The position numbers were made by a program, and so were the translations under genes. A stretch of DNA of 63,546 nucleotides, the filler included, from Octopus bimaculoides (Eukaryota): the NCBI RefSeq assembly GCF_001194135.2. It is 6 parts of 5 records of this genome, joined end to end, with 100 filler letters (N's around TTAATTAATTAA, not from the genome) between each part and the next. Parts side by side here need not be neighbours in the genome. Positions count along the whole stretch, not along the records: positions 1 to 12,563 come from NC_068983.1; 5 more parts are not named here. The stretch is one strand, 5' to 3'. Below are positions 1-12,663 of the stretch, piece by piece. Under the pieces are notes generated by a model, which made no database searches, was not told the DNA's origin, and saw only the letters and a program-made list of their open reading frames with translations. Position 1 is the first letter of the stretch. Each line of letters starts with the position of its first letter.

Positions 1-128
1 TATATATATATATATATATATTGTATAAAGATCTCAAATGTAAACAGGCCACGCAATGATAATAAAAGAAGATATAGAAAATTATCCTACATCTTTTGAG
101 CCATGGAGGATACAAGCAAAGAACTTAC

Positions 129-287
129 TGATTCGTATTCGGGACTTATTGACTTGTTCTCCAAGAGATTTCGCTTTTGAATATTGCTCCTTCAGCTCTG
201 CTTTCTTCATCTTGATTGCTTTGTTGTCTTTGTAATCTTGGCAGAAAATATCAAAGGCTTCCTGTCTACCCAAAGACATTGGTCCCA
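129..287 (-). CDS. KIF6: Internal coding exon of a KIF6-like kinesin (C-terminal coiled-coil region)
   Basis: Translates to GPMSLGRQEAFDIFCQDYKDNKAIKMKKAELKEQYSKAKSLGEQVNKSRIRI, which I recognise as resembling the KIF6 segment MSLGxQEAFEIFKRDH...LKQRFSEAKALGESINEARSKI. Minus-strand polypyrimidine tract plus CAG acceptor (plus 288-290 ctg) and GTAAG donor (plus 124-128 cttac); 159 nt, phase 1-1. Confidence 0.8.
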
Positions 288-1762
288 CTGTGAGGGCAAA
301 CAGAATGGGGAAAAGAAAGATTTAAAAAAACAAAAAGAAATATGACACTGAGAAAAATCTATTTCAAAACACTTTTTTGTATTTCACATATATTTTTACA
401 TTTTTTAAAATTTATTTTTACATATATTTTACATTCATTTTTATATATTTTACAATTTTCCTGTGTTTTTACATATATTTTCCAATGCTTTTTACATTTA
501 TTTTTCCATTAGCAAGACATATTATTCTTTTACTCTTTTACTTGATTCAGTCATGGGCTGCTGCCATGCTGGAGCAATATGCACAAAACTTGCAGATGCA
601 TAAACTGTATTTATAATTATTGATATATTATTGTGAGTTAGCTAATTGAACAGAGCTATGATGAAAGACACTTCAACCACGACCTTCCTTCAAAGAATTT
701 TTAGCACTACTTTATCCAATGTCCCATTTCTCTTTCTTTTTTTAGATGAAGGAATGAGATTTGAGAAAGATTTGACTGCCAATTCTAACAGACTGAGCAG
801 CCATACAGAGGCTTTTTTATAGACTCATAATTATTATTGCCATACTTTTTAGTATTGGATATTTTCCTTTATGTTATGAATTATTGTTGAACCTGTTTGT
901 CGGGCAGGCAGACTAAGGCAAGCAGAGTTATATATCTTACTGACAGAATAGCTCTGACACCACCACAGCTATTTGTAATCTAGCTCCCTACTCCTTTTAC
1001 TTTCTTCTGTTTTTTTTTTCTTTTTTATTAGATGTCACTTTCAAGAAGGTAGTAAACAATCAGAGATAAAACAAGCTTCAAACAATTGATGAGTTTGTTG
1101 GGAGTTAAAACCAAAAAAAAAAAAAAAAAAATCTGATGAGAAACTGCTCTAAGAAAAAAACGTTCAACACAAGATTTAAAAGAATTCAGATTGTATCTGT
1201 TAAAAGAAATAAGGAGAACAGAGAGAGTTCCATAAGACAAGCATCCAAGGAAAGAACCTACTCAAGTGGAAACACTTCTTACAAGAGAGAACAACATGAA
1301 GGAAAGTATGAAAATTAACCGTTTTGATTAGAACTCCACCTGAGACTGCCTATGGTTCTAAGGTTATAAGTTTTATGCTTTAAATGGTCTAAATTGAAAC
1401 CTTCCATCAAAATTTCATGTCTATTTAATGTTTCAAACACCAGGTAAATAATGCTGCCATTATTTTACTAAATTCTTCATTATTTTTTTAAAATTAGAAA
1501 TAAAAGCAATGTATTCCAACAGAACTATGGTGGAAATGATTAAAAAAGATGAATCGCTCATTTAGTAACCTTAACAAGAAATACAAGATAAAGAAATTCT
1601 GGAATGAAACGATTTGGTTGAGCTGATTGAATTTTGCTAAATTGGCACAGTTGACAGTTCATTCGGCTTGTTTTGGCAACAATACATTTTAGCATTGGAA
1701 ACAAACACATACATATACATGCACATGCTTAGAAATATACACATACAGATGGATAGATAGAC

Positions 1763-1815
<53 letters not shown>

Positions 1816-1911
1816 CAGAGAGAGAGGGAGAGGTAGAGATGTTACAATTAATTAATTGAATATAACTGACAAACATTGCCTCTTTGCTCACATGCAAAGA
1901 GAAATGTGCTC

Positions 1912-2080
1912 ATCATTATCATCATCATCATCATCGTCGTTTAACGTCCGCTTTCCGTGCTAGCATGGGTTGGACGATTTGACTGAGGACTGGTGGACCA
2001 GAAGGCGACACCAGGCTCCAATCTGATTTGGCAGAGTTTCTACAGCTGGATGCCCTTCCTAACGCCAACCACTCCAAGAG
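1912..2080 (-). mobile_element. 3' part of an RTE-tailed SINE/non-autonomous retroposon with (GAT)n tail
   Basis: (atc)n followed by cgtttaacgtccgctttccgtgctagcatgggttgg...ggatgcccttcctaacgccaacc; near-identical copies at 6573-6765, 45590-45938 and 48490-48800. Confidence 0.75.
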
Positions 2081-2939
2081 CATAAAGGCCGAAGGAGTGA
2101 GTGAGAGAGAGAGAAAGGTAGAAAAAACATTAAAATGGCTAATGTTAAATAAGTCAGCATTGAATCAGTGATGCCAAAACAGCTGTGCCAAAACATCTCA
2201 TGTCCAGAAGTTCAGTATATCAACAAGGAAGGAAATATTTATAGAATAAAGAAGTTATATTTCAGTGATGAGCCCCAGAGGAAAAGGACTAAATTCTTAT
2301 AATGACACAAACCAACCAAAACTGGAAATATTCATGTATATATTGAAATATTCAATTTTAAATTAATTATTTTTATTGAGAAAAATCAATACATTTCACT
2401 TTTACCTTTTTAAATTTCTTTTTTGTTTTGCTTTTGTCTTTTGATTTTATTTCTTATACATCAAGAATGTTCTTGAAGGCAAGTAAGAATATTTACTTTG
2501 TGAATGCTTCACTAATTTCAAATACTTTAATGTTTCTGTACAGCCATTTGATAACCTTTTGCTTTTAAATTTATTTTTCTTTCCTTCTTTCTTAATTAAT
2601 TATATACAATACTAAAATATGTACATTACTGTAAGCCATCATATCTTTGACAATAAACTATCTGCCTGCCTTCCTACCTATCTATCTTTCTATCTATTGG
2701 ACATTCACTTAGTCACAGACTACTTAAAGTATAGCTGATTATATGAACACTACTTTACACTACACTATATTTACTATATTACAGCTGAACAAATATTACA
2801 GTATCTTAAGGCTGTCACATCAATACATTTTATCTATCTCTAATCCATTAAACTGTTTTCAACAGCTACAACAACAACAACAGGGACAGCAGCAACAGCA
2901 GTAGAATCAACCTCATCAGAGCAGTGCACCTTTAGTCGT

Positions 2940-3316
2940 TATTATCTCCACCTTAACAAAAGTGGAGCTAGTGTTTTCAGTCATGTATTTTGTTTGTTTG
3001 TCCATGGACAAGATATCTCAAGAACCACTGGATAGATTTAGATGAAACTTTCAGGCATGTTTGACCTCCTAACTGGCATGCACTGATTAGATTTTGGGAT
3101 CAATCTGGTACCAGACAAAGATTCTAGATTATTTTTCCTGTTTTTTTTTTTTACTTAATTTCTGAGAGCAGTCAGGTTCATTTTTAGTATTCTCATTTGT
3201 GGGGAACAGTCGAGTTTATTTCAGATATTCCCATTTAAAAAGTCATCTCTAGTTAATCGTTGAGAGGACGTTGGTATTGCCTTGGCAGAGGTTTGCACTC
3301 TCTGAGTGCTCTTGTT
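2940..3316 (+). mobile_element. Non-autonomous Helentron/DINE-1-like element
   Basis: 5' ttatctccacc...gtttgtttgt tract, core gaaccactggatagatttagatgaaact, and a 3' subterminal hairpin gcactctctgagtgc (3295-3309) followed by tcttgtt. Confidence 0.5.
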
Positions 3317-4899
3317 GAAATTACTATCTCCTTCCAAATAACAACCATCTGCTAGAGCCACTACATATTTACTTAACCTACTAGAAATTATACCCAACTC
3401 TGCCTCACATTATACTTTGCTTCTAAAAGGTACTATACATATATATATTTATATGATGGCCATCCACTTGTGACCAAGGAATACCATTGCTGACCTTTGG
3501 GAACATTGTGTACTCTTGGACTAATTTATATTTTGCATTTGAGGCTCTGTAGGTGGCTAATGAGCCCTGCTCTTGACAAGCATACATGACTGCAAACATT
3601 GCAAACCAAGCTTTCTCTATTCACTACCCTAGCAGTGCACTTTTGAGCACCACACTTAAATTTTTCATGCAGAATACATGTTCTATTGAAGGTGTTGAGA
3701 AACATATTTCAACTAACCTAAATTCTTATTTCTTTATTGACCACAAGGGGTTAAACATAAAGGGGACAAACAAGGACAGACAAAGGGATTAAGTCGATTA
3801 CATCGCCCCCAGTGCATAACTGGTACTTAATGTATCGACCCCGAAAGTACAGCATATATATGTGTGTATATATATATATATCCACTCCAGCTACCTGAAA
3901 GAAGTCATGTTTCACCTTACAAAATATCTCTCTGCGGCCCTTGCATGCTGATACCCACCACTGCCAGCCAATACTTCAACTGCTGGTGTCCTCTCACTTA
4001 NNNNNNNNNNATATATATATATATGTATATATATATATATCCACTCCAGCTACCTGAAAGAAGTCATGTTTCACCTTACAAAATATCTCTCTGCGGCCCT
4101 TGCATGCTGATACCCACCACTGCCAGCCAATACTTCAACTGCTGGTGTCCTCTCACTTAATTTGTGTAATGATAGTGTTAGTAATTATTAAAGAGTTTGA
4201 TGGAATACAGATGACATGTTACGATTTAACAGGCTTCATATATTCTAATGTTCTTGCTTTTTAGTGTAGCATCATGTTGTTAAACCTGGGCTAGTTTCAA
4301 ATTTGATCTGACTTATGATTAGTCATTTCAACTATGACCGTCTCATCTTTTTGTTCACGGATTATATTATTTAATGTATTTTTAAGACAGTAGGGTATAA
4401 CTTGGAGAATTTAGTTGTTATTTCTAGCATGTCATGTGATCACATAGTGGCACTCTCTAGGCTTTATGATATATATGTACAGTAAAGGGTAAAGATTCCC
4501 TTTGGTCATGAATGACCATGGGATTGCACCTAGAAATAATAGAAGTAAACCGCAGTATAGTACAGTGTAATGTAGTGTGATGTAGCATGGTGCAATGTTG
4601 GTGTTGGGCATCTATGTCTACAGGAAAATTCATGACTAGCAATTCATCTATAAGTATCTCAACTAATTAGTAATTGACTGATTAATGTAATCTCAAAGAA
4701 ATGGTAAATTATTAATTAATATCATGACTTCATCAAAGGGTTAAAAAATAAAAAGTAAATATCTATTACTCTCAAACTTTATTTTGAAATCATGTAAACA
4801 CTATAAAAACTTTGAAAAGCTTTCATAATGAGATGTTAAAACAGCTTTGTGTACATAGGCCTAATTATCTTTGGTGAATATGGCAACTGGTTAATTGCA

Positions 4900-5140
4900 T
4901 TTTGGTGGATTTGCTATTCTATAGATTTTGCTAAGGGATTTGTTAATCAGTGGATTTACTAATCATTGTATATGCTAAGCAGTAGATTATTATTGAGAAG
5001 ATTCTTTTAAAGAATGGATTTTGCTATCAGTGGATGTGCAATTCTATGGATTTTGCTATCAGTGGATGTGCAATTCTATGGCTTTGCTAGGCAATGGATT
5101 TACTAATCGGTGTATTTTTTAAATCCATGGTTTTTGCTAA
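4900..5140. repeat. Degenerate ~15-16 bp minisatellite (tggattttgctatcag-like)
   Basis: Recurring ggattt(t)gcta motif; includes an exact 32-bp tandem duplication tggattttgctatcagtggatgtgcaattcta at ~5016-5080. Confidence 0.7.
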
Positions 5141-5212
5141 TCAAATGGAAAAATCCAGTTACAAGATAACAACAACACTTGCAATTTAGGAGCAGGCTAT
5201 TACCATTAGGTA

Positions 5213-6105
5213 TACAAAGTGGTATCAAAAAGTTCTTGGACTAGTTCTGTAGGATGCCAACAGATGACAGCACACAGTGAGAGCTAGCAGTGACCTTCAT
5301 GAGGCAGTGTGTTGAGCGACATTGCTATGTTTACTTTGCAATGAAATTTGTATTTTTTGTGATCACATGCATGCTGTAGTCTGTGATTTTGTCATAGACA
5401 GGATATCACAATAAAGAGCCAAACTGAAATTTTGCATTAAACTTGGGAAGTCGGCTACAGAGACATTGAGCATGCTATGTGTATGACCCTGAGATGAAGC
5501 ACCAGTCATCACAATGGAAGAGTCCTTAATCTCCACAACCAAAGAAGGCATGACAGAGTCACACCTCAATCAAGAGCATACTCATCATTTTTTTCCACGT
5601 CTGCAATATTGTGCACTGAGAGTTCGTTCCCTAGGGCCAAACCATCAATTGAGAGTTGCACTGTGACATTTTGAAGCATTTGAGAGAGAGGACATTCAGC
5701 GAAAGTGACTGGATCTGTGGAGTGCAAAGAATTAGATTCTTCACAATGACAACGCATTCTGTCACCAAGCTCTCCACACACATGAGTTTCTCACCAAAAA
5801 CAACATGGTATCACTTCTGCATCCACATTATTCACCAGATTAGTACCTGTGAACTTCCATCTCTTCCCAAAGATTAAAAATGATGTTTTAACACTGTTGT
5901 CAAGATCCTGAGTGAATAGCAGAAGGTCCTCAATATGCTTACGGAAAATGACTTCCAGGCTGGATTTCAAAAGTGGCAGGAATGCTGGACCTTTATATAA
6001 CTGTGTGAGCTGACTATTTCAAAGGAGATGATGGTAAAACTTAGGCAAATAAATGATTTTTTATTAAACATAACTAGTCTAGAAACGTTTTGATATCACC
6101 TCATA
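5213..6105 (+). mobile_element. Internally deleted mariner DNA transposon
   Basis: Imperfect TIRs (tacaaagtggtatcaaaagttcttggactagt / actagtctagaaacgttttgatatcacctcata) with TA ends; degraded transposase N-terminus KFCIKLGKSATETLSML at ~5425-5480. Confidence 0.8.
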
Positions 6106-6572
6106 TCCTTACAATAATGGGATTACTCTTTCTCCACCTTTCATCATGACTCTTGACCCAACAAGGGAACTTCAACATGGCCATTCAAACTGCAAGAAAT
6201 AACAATCAAATTTCCATCAAATTTAACTCTCCTGACTCAACACTTTTGATACCAACTTGCCTAAGACAACAGCTAGTTCTATGATACAAACTTCCTGTTT
6301 TAAAGAGATCTAAATTAATTCACCCATTAAAATTACATGTAAATTTGTTTCCAACATCAGAAAAATAATGACAGTTATTGTACAAAATGGCAGTATGTTT
6401 CAATAGATATATGGTACCAAAGAGTTAAACACTGTATATTCTAGTCTGAGATACATCCAAAGAGACAGGATGGTCACGACAGAAAAGCCTTTGATCATAG
6501 ATAGACGTATGGTGAGATTTGAACTTAGGGTATGGAGCAAGGAAACTGAAATGCTGTGATGTAATTTAGGTG

Positions 6573-6765
6573 TGTCATCGTCGTCGTCGTTTAACATCCG
6601 CTTTCCATGCTAGCATGGGTTGGACAATTTGACTGAGAACTGGTGAAACCAGATGGCTACACCAGGCTCCAATCTGATTTGGCAGAGTTTCTACAGCTGG
6701 ATGCCCTTCCTAACGCCAACCACTCAGAGAGTGTAGTGGGTGCTTTTACGTGTCACCCGCACAAA
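6573..6765 (-). mobile_element. RTE-tailed SINE copy
   Basis: Same family as 1912-2080. Confidence 0.75.
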
Positions 6766-7136
6766 GGGAATAGATATTACCTCTTGGCATTGATACTGCC
6801 TCTGTCACTAACATATACTGCTGTTTTTTTTTTGTGCATGACATGGCATGTTACCACCTTACAACAGCAGTGGCTGCAACAACAATAACAACAACAACAA
6901 CACAAATATGAAATGTCAGTAAAGAGTTACAAAAGTAATGGCATCAATAAAACAACAACAACAAAAATAAGAATAACAATGACAGCAAGGATAGTAATAA
7001 CATGAACAGCAATTACCAAAAAGCATAATAAACAGGGAAAAGCAAAAATAACATATATGCATATATATATATATAATATATATATGTATATATATATTGC
7101 AAGCTATGGACACATAAGAGGTGCAGTAATATCAAA

Positions 7137-7681
7137 GGCGGATTAACTACGAAGTTAGTTTTTGTATGTGGCAGATGTTCAGGAAACAACTTCTATCTCA
7201 TTCCAGGGAGAAAAACTAGAGGTAGTCAATAGCTTCCGCTATCTGGGTGACCAAGTTAGTAGTGGGGGTGGGTGCGCTGAAATGTAGCTGCTAGAATAAG
7301 AATAGCCTGGGCAAAGTTTAGAGAGCTCCTAGCTCTGCTGGCGACAAAGGGACTCTCACTCAGAGTAAAAGGCAGAGAGTATGACGCATGTGTACGAACA
7401 GCCATACTACATGGCAGTGAAACATGGGCTGTGACTGCTGAGGACATGCGTAAGCTCGCAAGGAATGAAGCCAGTATGCTCCGCTGGATGTGTAATGTCA
7501 ATGTGCATACCCGTCAGAGTGTAAGTATCTTGAGAGAAAAGCTGAACATAAGAAGCATCAGTTGTGGTGTGCAAGAGAGACGATTGCGCTGGTTTGGACA
7601 TGTGGTGAGAATGAATGAGGATAGCTGCGTGAAAAAGTGCCACACCCTAACAGTTGAGGGAACCCGTGGAAGAGGTAGGCC
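7137..7681 (+). mobile_element. RTE-clade LINE reverse transcriptase, C-terminal fragment running into an N gap
   Basis: EKLEVVNSFRYLGDQVSSGGG, LHGSETWAVTAEDMRKLARNEASMLRWMC and RRLRWFGHVVRM...GTRGRGR motifs typical of RTE ORFs. Confidence 0.9.
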
Positions 7682-8510
7682 NNNNNNNNNNNNNNNNNNN
7701 NNNNNNNNNNNNNNNNNNNNNNNNNNNNNNNNNNNNNNNNNNNNNNNNNNNNNNNNNNNNNNNNNNNNNNNNNNNNNNNNNNNNNNNNNNNNNNNNNNNN
7801 NNNNNNNNNNNNNNNNNNNNNNNNNNNNNNNNNNNNNNNNNNNNNNNNNNNNNNNNNNNNNNNNNNNNNNNNNNNNNNNNNNNNNNNNNNNNNNNNNNNN
7901 NNNNNNNNNNNNNNNNNNNNNNNNNNNNNNNNNNNNNNNNNNNNNNNNNNNNNNNNNNNNNNNNNNNNNNNNNNNNNNNNNNNNNNNNNNNNNNNNNNNN
8001 NNNNNNNNNNNNNNNNNNNNNNNNNNNNNNNNNNNNNNNNNNNNNNNNNNNNNNNNNNNNNNNNNNNNNNNNNNNNNNNNNNNNNNNNNNNNNNNNNNNN
8101 NNNNNNNNNNNNNNNNNNNNNNNNNNNNNNNNNNNNNNNNNNNNNNNNNNNNNNNNNNNNNNNNNNNNNNNNNNNNNNNNNNNNNNNNNNNNNNNNNNNN
8201 NNNNNNNNNNNNNNNNNNNNNNNNNNNNNNNNNNNNNNNNNNNNNNNNNNNNNNNNNNNNNNNNNNNNNNNNNNNNNNNNNNNNNNNNNNNNNNNNNNNN
8301 NNNNNNNNNNNNNNNNNNNNNNNNNNNNNNNNNNNNNNNNNNNNNNNNNNNNNNNNNNNNNNNNNNNNNNNNNNNNNNNNNNNNNNNNNNNNNNNNNNNN
8401 NNNNNNNNNNNNNNNNNNNNNNNNNNNNNNNNNNNNNNNNNNNNNNNNNNNNNNNNNNNNNNNNNNNNNNNNNNNNNNNNNNNNNNNNNNNNNNNNNNNN
8501 NNNNNNNNNN

Positions 8511-8558
<48 letters not shown>

Positions 8559-8622
8559 GTATATGTATGTATATGTGTGTGTGTGTATTCATAAACATAA
8601 ATATATACATAAACATATGTAG

Positions 8623-8668
<46 letters not shown>

Positions 8669-9119
8669 TGCACATATGCATACAAATATACGACACAACA
8701 GAAAAGACCATTCAATCTATTGGGTAGACTTCATACTCGTAATACATGAACACATACAATATAAAAACAAATACAACATGCAAATGGGTATTATGTATGC
8801 AATGGTAATTCTGAAGATATTCTGTTTAATGAACAACAGTAATTGATGTACAAGGCATGCTAGTTACAACAAGCCTACAACAAAAAGAAATAAAGAGAAC
8901 AAGAGAAAAGAAAAACAAACAAAAACACATAGTTAATTGCATTTGCCATAAGCCCCTTACATTAATAATTAATGAATGGAATATGAACTTCAGGATAGAC
9001 TCCCTTTTTTAAATATTTTTTTGTTTTCTGAACTTCAATTCATAATTCATTGTTCAATATTTTAAATTATCATCCTATTAGTAATAAGGGTTTTACGATT
9101 GCTAGGTTTGGTTTGGTTT

Positions 9120-9247
9120 CATAGTTATTATTATTATTATTATTATTATCATCATCGTCATCATCATCATCATCATTAATAAACTTATTTGTATTTTTAT
9201 TTGCAAGTAAATCTTAATATTAAAAAGATGTATGAGATGTATCATCA

Positions 9248-9339
<92 letters not shown>

Positions 9340-9448
9340 GTTATTAATAAAGTTATTTGTATTTTTATTTGTAAGTATATCTTTATATTAAAAAGATGTT
9401 TGAGATGTATTATTATTGCTATTATCATTAATATTATTATTATTATTA

Positions 9449-9482
<34 letters not shown>

Positions 9483-9495
9483 CATTATCATTAAG
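9120..9495. repeat. Compound (ATT)n/(ATC)n microsatellite with a duplicated ~70-bp spacer
   Basis: attaataaa.ttatttgtatttttatttg.aagta.atctt.atattaaaaagatgt.tgagatgtat occurs at ~9175-9245 and ~9341-9412. Confidence 0.8.
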
Positions 9496-9700
9496 GCTGC
9501 AAGCTGGCAGAATCATTAGCATGCCAGGCGAAATGCTTAGCGGTATTTTGTTTGCTGCTACGTTCTGAGTTCAAATTCTGCCGAGGTCTACTTTGCCTTT
9601 CATCCTTCATAAATTAAGTACCAGCTGAGTACTGGGGTCGATGTAATTGACTATCTCCCTCCCTGCAATTTCAGGCCTTGTGCCTATAGTAAAAAGGATT
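9495..9700 (+). mobile_element. Abundant short SINE-like family (ctggcagaa...ttagca...gagttcaaat...aagtaccag...ggggtcgatgtaat) with (ATT)n tail
   Basis: Related copies at ~9765-9920, 16610-16760, 25225-25445 and 38180-38390, and reversed at ~55560-55750 and 58030-58230. Confidence 0.7.
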
Positions 9701-9710
9701 ATTATTATTA

Positions 9711-9753
<43 letters not shown>

Positions 9754-9949
9754 CATTATTATTATTAAGGTGGTAAGCTGGCAGAATTGTTAGTCTGTGA
9801 GGCAAAAGGCTTCACAGCATTTCATCTGTCATTACATTCTGAATTCAAATTCCAACAATCTCAACTTTCATCCTTCCAGGATCGATAAATTGAGTACCAG
9901 TCAAGTACTGAGGTCAATGCCAAAATTTCATGACAAGCTCAACCTTATG

Positions 9950-11810
9950 TGATACCTCACAGAGAGGGCTGGGACCAAAGCTGGCATCAGGGGTGCTCTG
10001 ATCAACTGGATGAATCAAAAGCATTCAACAGGGTCAACCATCACTACTTAGAAGCCATCCTGAAAGTAGGCAGTTTCAGACCTGTTTTCAGAGGCTGGAT
10101 CACTGCAATGTACAACAACACCTGTTCGATGGTCAAAGTAAATGACCACCTATCAGAGCCATTTGGCATTGCACACTCGGTCCGTCAGGGCAGTCTGCTG
10201 TCACCTCTTCTGTACATACTGGCACTCGGGCCACTGCTATGGAAGTTGGAACAGCTAAGGGGCACACCTTTTGAACTGGGACAAGGAACAGTAGTGTTGG
10301 CATAAGCAGATAACATTACCATCATGGTGTTGGATCCCTCCAAAGTGTAGATGGTTGGCACCATCCTAAAAGAATATGAATTGGTTGCAGGGGATAAAAT
10401 TAATACTGACAAATAGGTAGGTTTGCAGTTGGGTTCCTGGAGAGACAGGATGATGCCATTAGACAGCATCATCAGATGCTGGACCGACCAACAGACCAGT
10501 TAAACTGCTCGGGGTCCAGTTTGGTCCCAGCCTCAAGGTTGATAAGAACTAGGATGAGGTGGTGAACAGGGGGGGGGGACCTTACCCAGAAATGGGTTGA
10601 GAGGAAGCTGTCCCTGAAAGGTCAGGCCGAAGTGGTGAATGCTTACTTCACCTCCGTTATCATTTATCACCTGACTGTCATGCTTTGTCCTGGTTACTGC
10701 TTGACCAAGTTGGAGTGTCTCTTATTTAAATTCTTGTGGAAGAGATGTGTTCCAATGGTCAAGTGGTCGGTGTGTTGCCAGCATTCTCTGAGTGGCAGAT
10801 TAGGTATGCCATGCCTCCTAATGTGCAGACACACTCCTAGGTTATGCCACCTGCAACAATTTCTAGATGGTGAGCATGTGTGGGCTCTGTTTATGAGGCT
10901 GGTCTTTCTGCAGCTCATCTCCTTGATGGAGCTGCAGTCTTGGGTAAAGAAGACACCAAGACTGAGCACCTGACACCTAGAATGTCATCAGGCACTCACA
11001 GCCCTCTAGCAGTCAGGCAATGGGATCGGTGGATGTTCCACTTTGGTGGGGAAGTGCAACAACATTCACAAAGAGATGCTGGGTGCCAATGAGAATGAAC
11101 TGGCTAGTCTGTTCCAGAGGAGTTTCTGGTTGGGAACTATCATGGATAATTTCCAAATGTTCTTGGCCTGGCAGTGCTATCAGGGGGTGCTACTGGTTCA
11201 AGATAAACTCTACAGGCATGGATGTGCTGTCAGACGGGCTTGTCCGAGGTGCACACAGAGTGACGAAACCATTCTGCACATGCTCATTCAGTGTCCAGGC
11301 ATTGCTAACTTGTGAGGTTTTGTCAAATAGCTGCTGTCACGTGTAGGATGGGTCCATCTGTCAGACAAGCCTGTAGTGATGATTGCACCACTGCCCTCCT
11401 TCAATCGGGCAAGCAAGGCAGTTTTCCTTTCGTTGGTGGCTATGGCAAAAGAAGTTGTTTGGTGGGCAAGGCTGATACATTCCTCTCTGATAGAGTTCTC
11501 ATTGTCTTCTTCAAGTTTCACTTGAAAAGGAAACTGAGAATGGAGACAGGGGGAAGTATTGTCATCAGGTGAGTCTATTGAAAGATGGGTTGAAAGTTGC
11601 AAGAGTGACAAGAGTGGATGGTACCTCTCTAAGTTTAGACCTGTAAGTTGGAGAGAAGGAATTGGAGAGGGCACTTACTCTTGGGGTTTCAAGGAAATCA
11701 TGGACAGTGGTGTTTTTCGATTATCCCTAGAGGCCTTCCTGTATCAAGAGGGCCACATCTCTACCATCCGCCCTGCCATTTTATGTCGATAACTCCTTCA
11801 CTTTTGTAAC
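9950..11810 (+). mobile_element. Decayed L1/Tx1-clade LINE (RT, zf-RVT-like zinc knuckle, 3' UTR)
   Basis: SKAFNRVNHHYL, VRQGSLLSPLLY, *ADNITIM (degenerate YADD) and CPRCTQSDETILHMLIQCP; multiple stops and frameshifts. Confidence 0.85.
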
Positions 11811-11977
11811 AATGCATTCTTCATATAACCCTGTTATTCTGTTATTATCAATATTTAAGCTTAAAGAAAATTATCTAGTCAGTAGCATAACTCAGTACCA
11901 AAATGCAATGGTCTTCCCTTTTAAACAATGCTTAGTCTTCCTTAATCTACGTTGGTCATTTAGAGAGGACCCTTTAA

Positions 11978-12202
11978 CCCTTAAGCATTCAGACTATTCT
12001 GTTAAAAAATTAATGCTTATTAGTTCACATTGTTTTGAAGTAATCATGCTTCATCTTGTAGCTTTGATATTTCAATGATGTGACTGATTATTATTAAAAT
12101 GACATTGTAGGGTAGTAGGTGTGAGAGGTCAAATCTGATTGGTTTAAACATAAAGCAGGTTGAATATTTGAACCTGATATGGCCGGTTTAAATGCGAAAA
12201 GG
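11978..12202. mobile_element. piggyBac-type MITE
   Basis: Flanked by TTAA, degenerate TIR cccttaagcatt / aatgcgaaaagg; same family (opposite orientation) as 49934-50154. Confidence 0.65.
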
Positions 12203-12500
12203 TTAAAAGCAAGGTTTTTATTCAGTGTATTCTAAGTGGTTGTGTAAGCTGCAGAGATATGTATTCTCTACTTCCTGTTCAACTGCTATAAAAATGTGGG
12301 TGAATCTTAATAGCAGCTCAGGTGAGTTTTGCTAAAACAGGTGAAATATGATCACATATGATAGCATGGTGACAAGTAAATAGTAACATCTATGAGAATG
12401 TTTCTCAAGATGTTACTTCAGAAGGGAGTACAGTTCAGTAACAGGTGAATAAATCTTGCAATAAATTTTTAATTCAAATTTCTTTTGTGCATATAGATAC

Positions 12501-12563
<63 letters not shown>

Positions 12564-12663
12564 NNNNNNNNNNNNNNNNNNNNNNNNNNNNNNNNNNNNN
12601 NNNNNNNTTAATTAATTAANNNNNNNNNNNNNNNNNNNNNNNNNNNNNNNNNNNNNNNNNNNN
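12564..12663. other. Artificial scaffold join N44-TTAATTAATTAA-N44 (six-frame stop linker)
   Basis: The exact 44+12+44 layout is repeated at 24111-24210, 44496-44595, 53357-53456 and 61592-61691. Confidence 0.95.

Noticed and set aside
3881-4159. Exact 120-bp direct repeat (3881-4000 and 4040-4159)
   Set aside because: The copies are identical and sit either side of a 10-N gap, typical of unmerged contig overlap.
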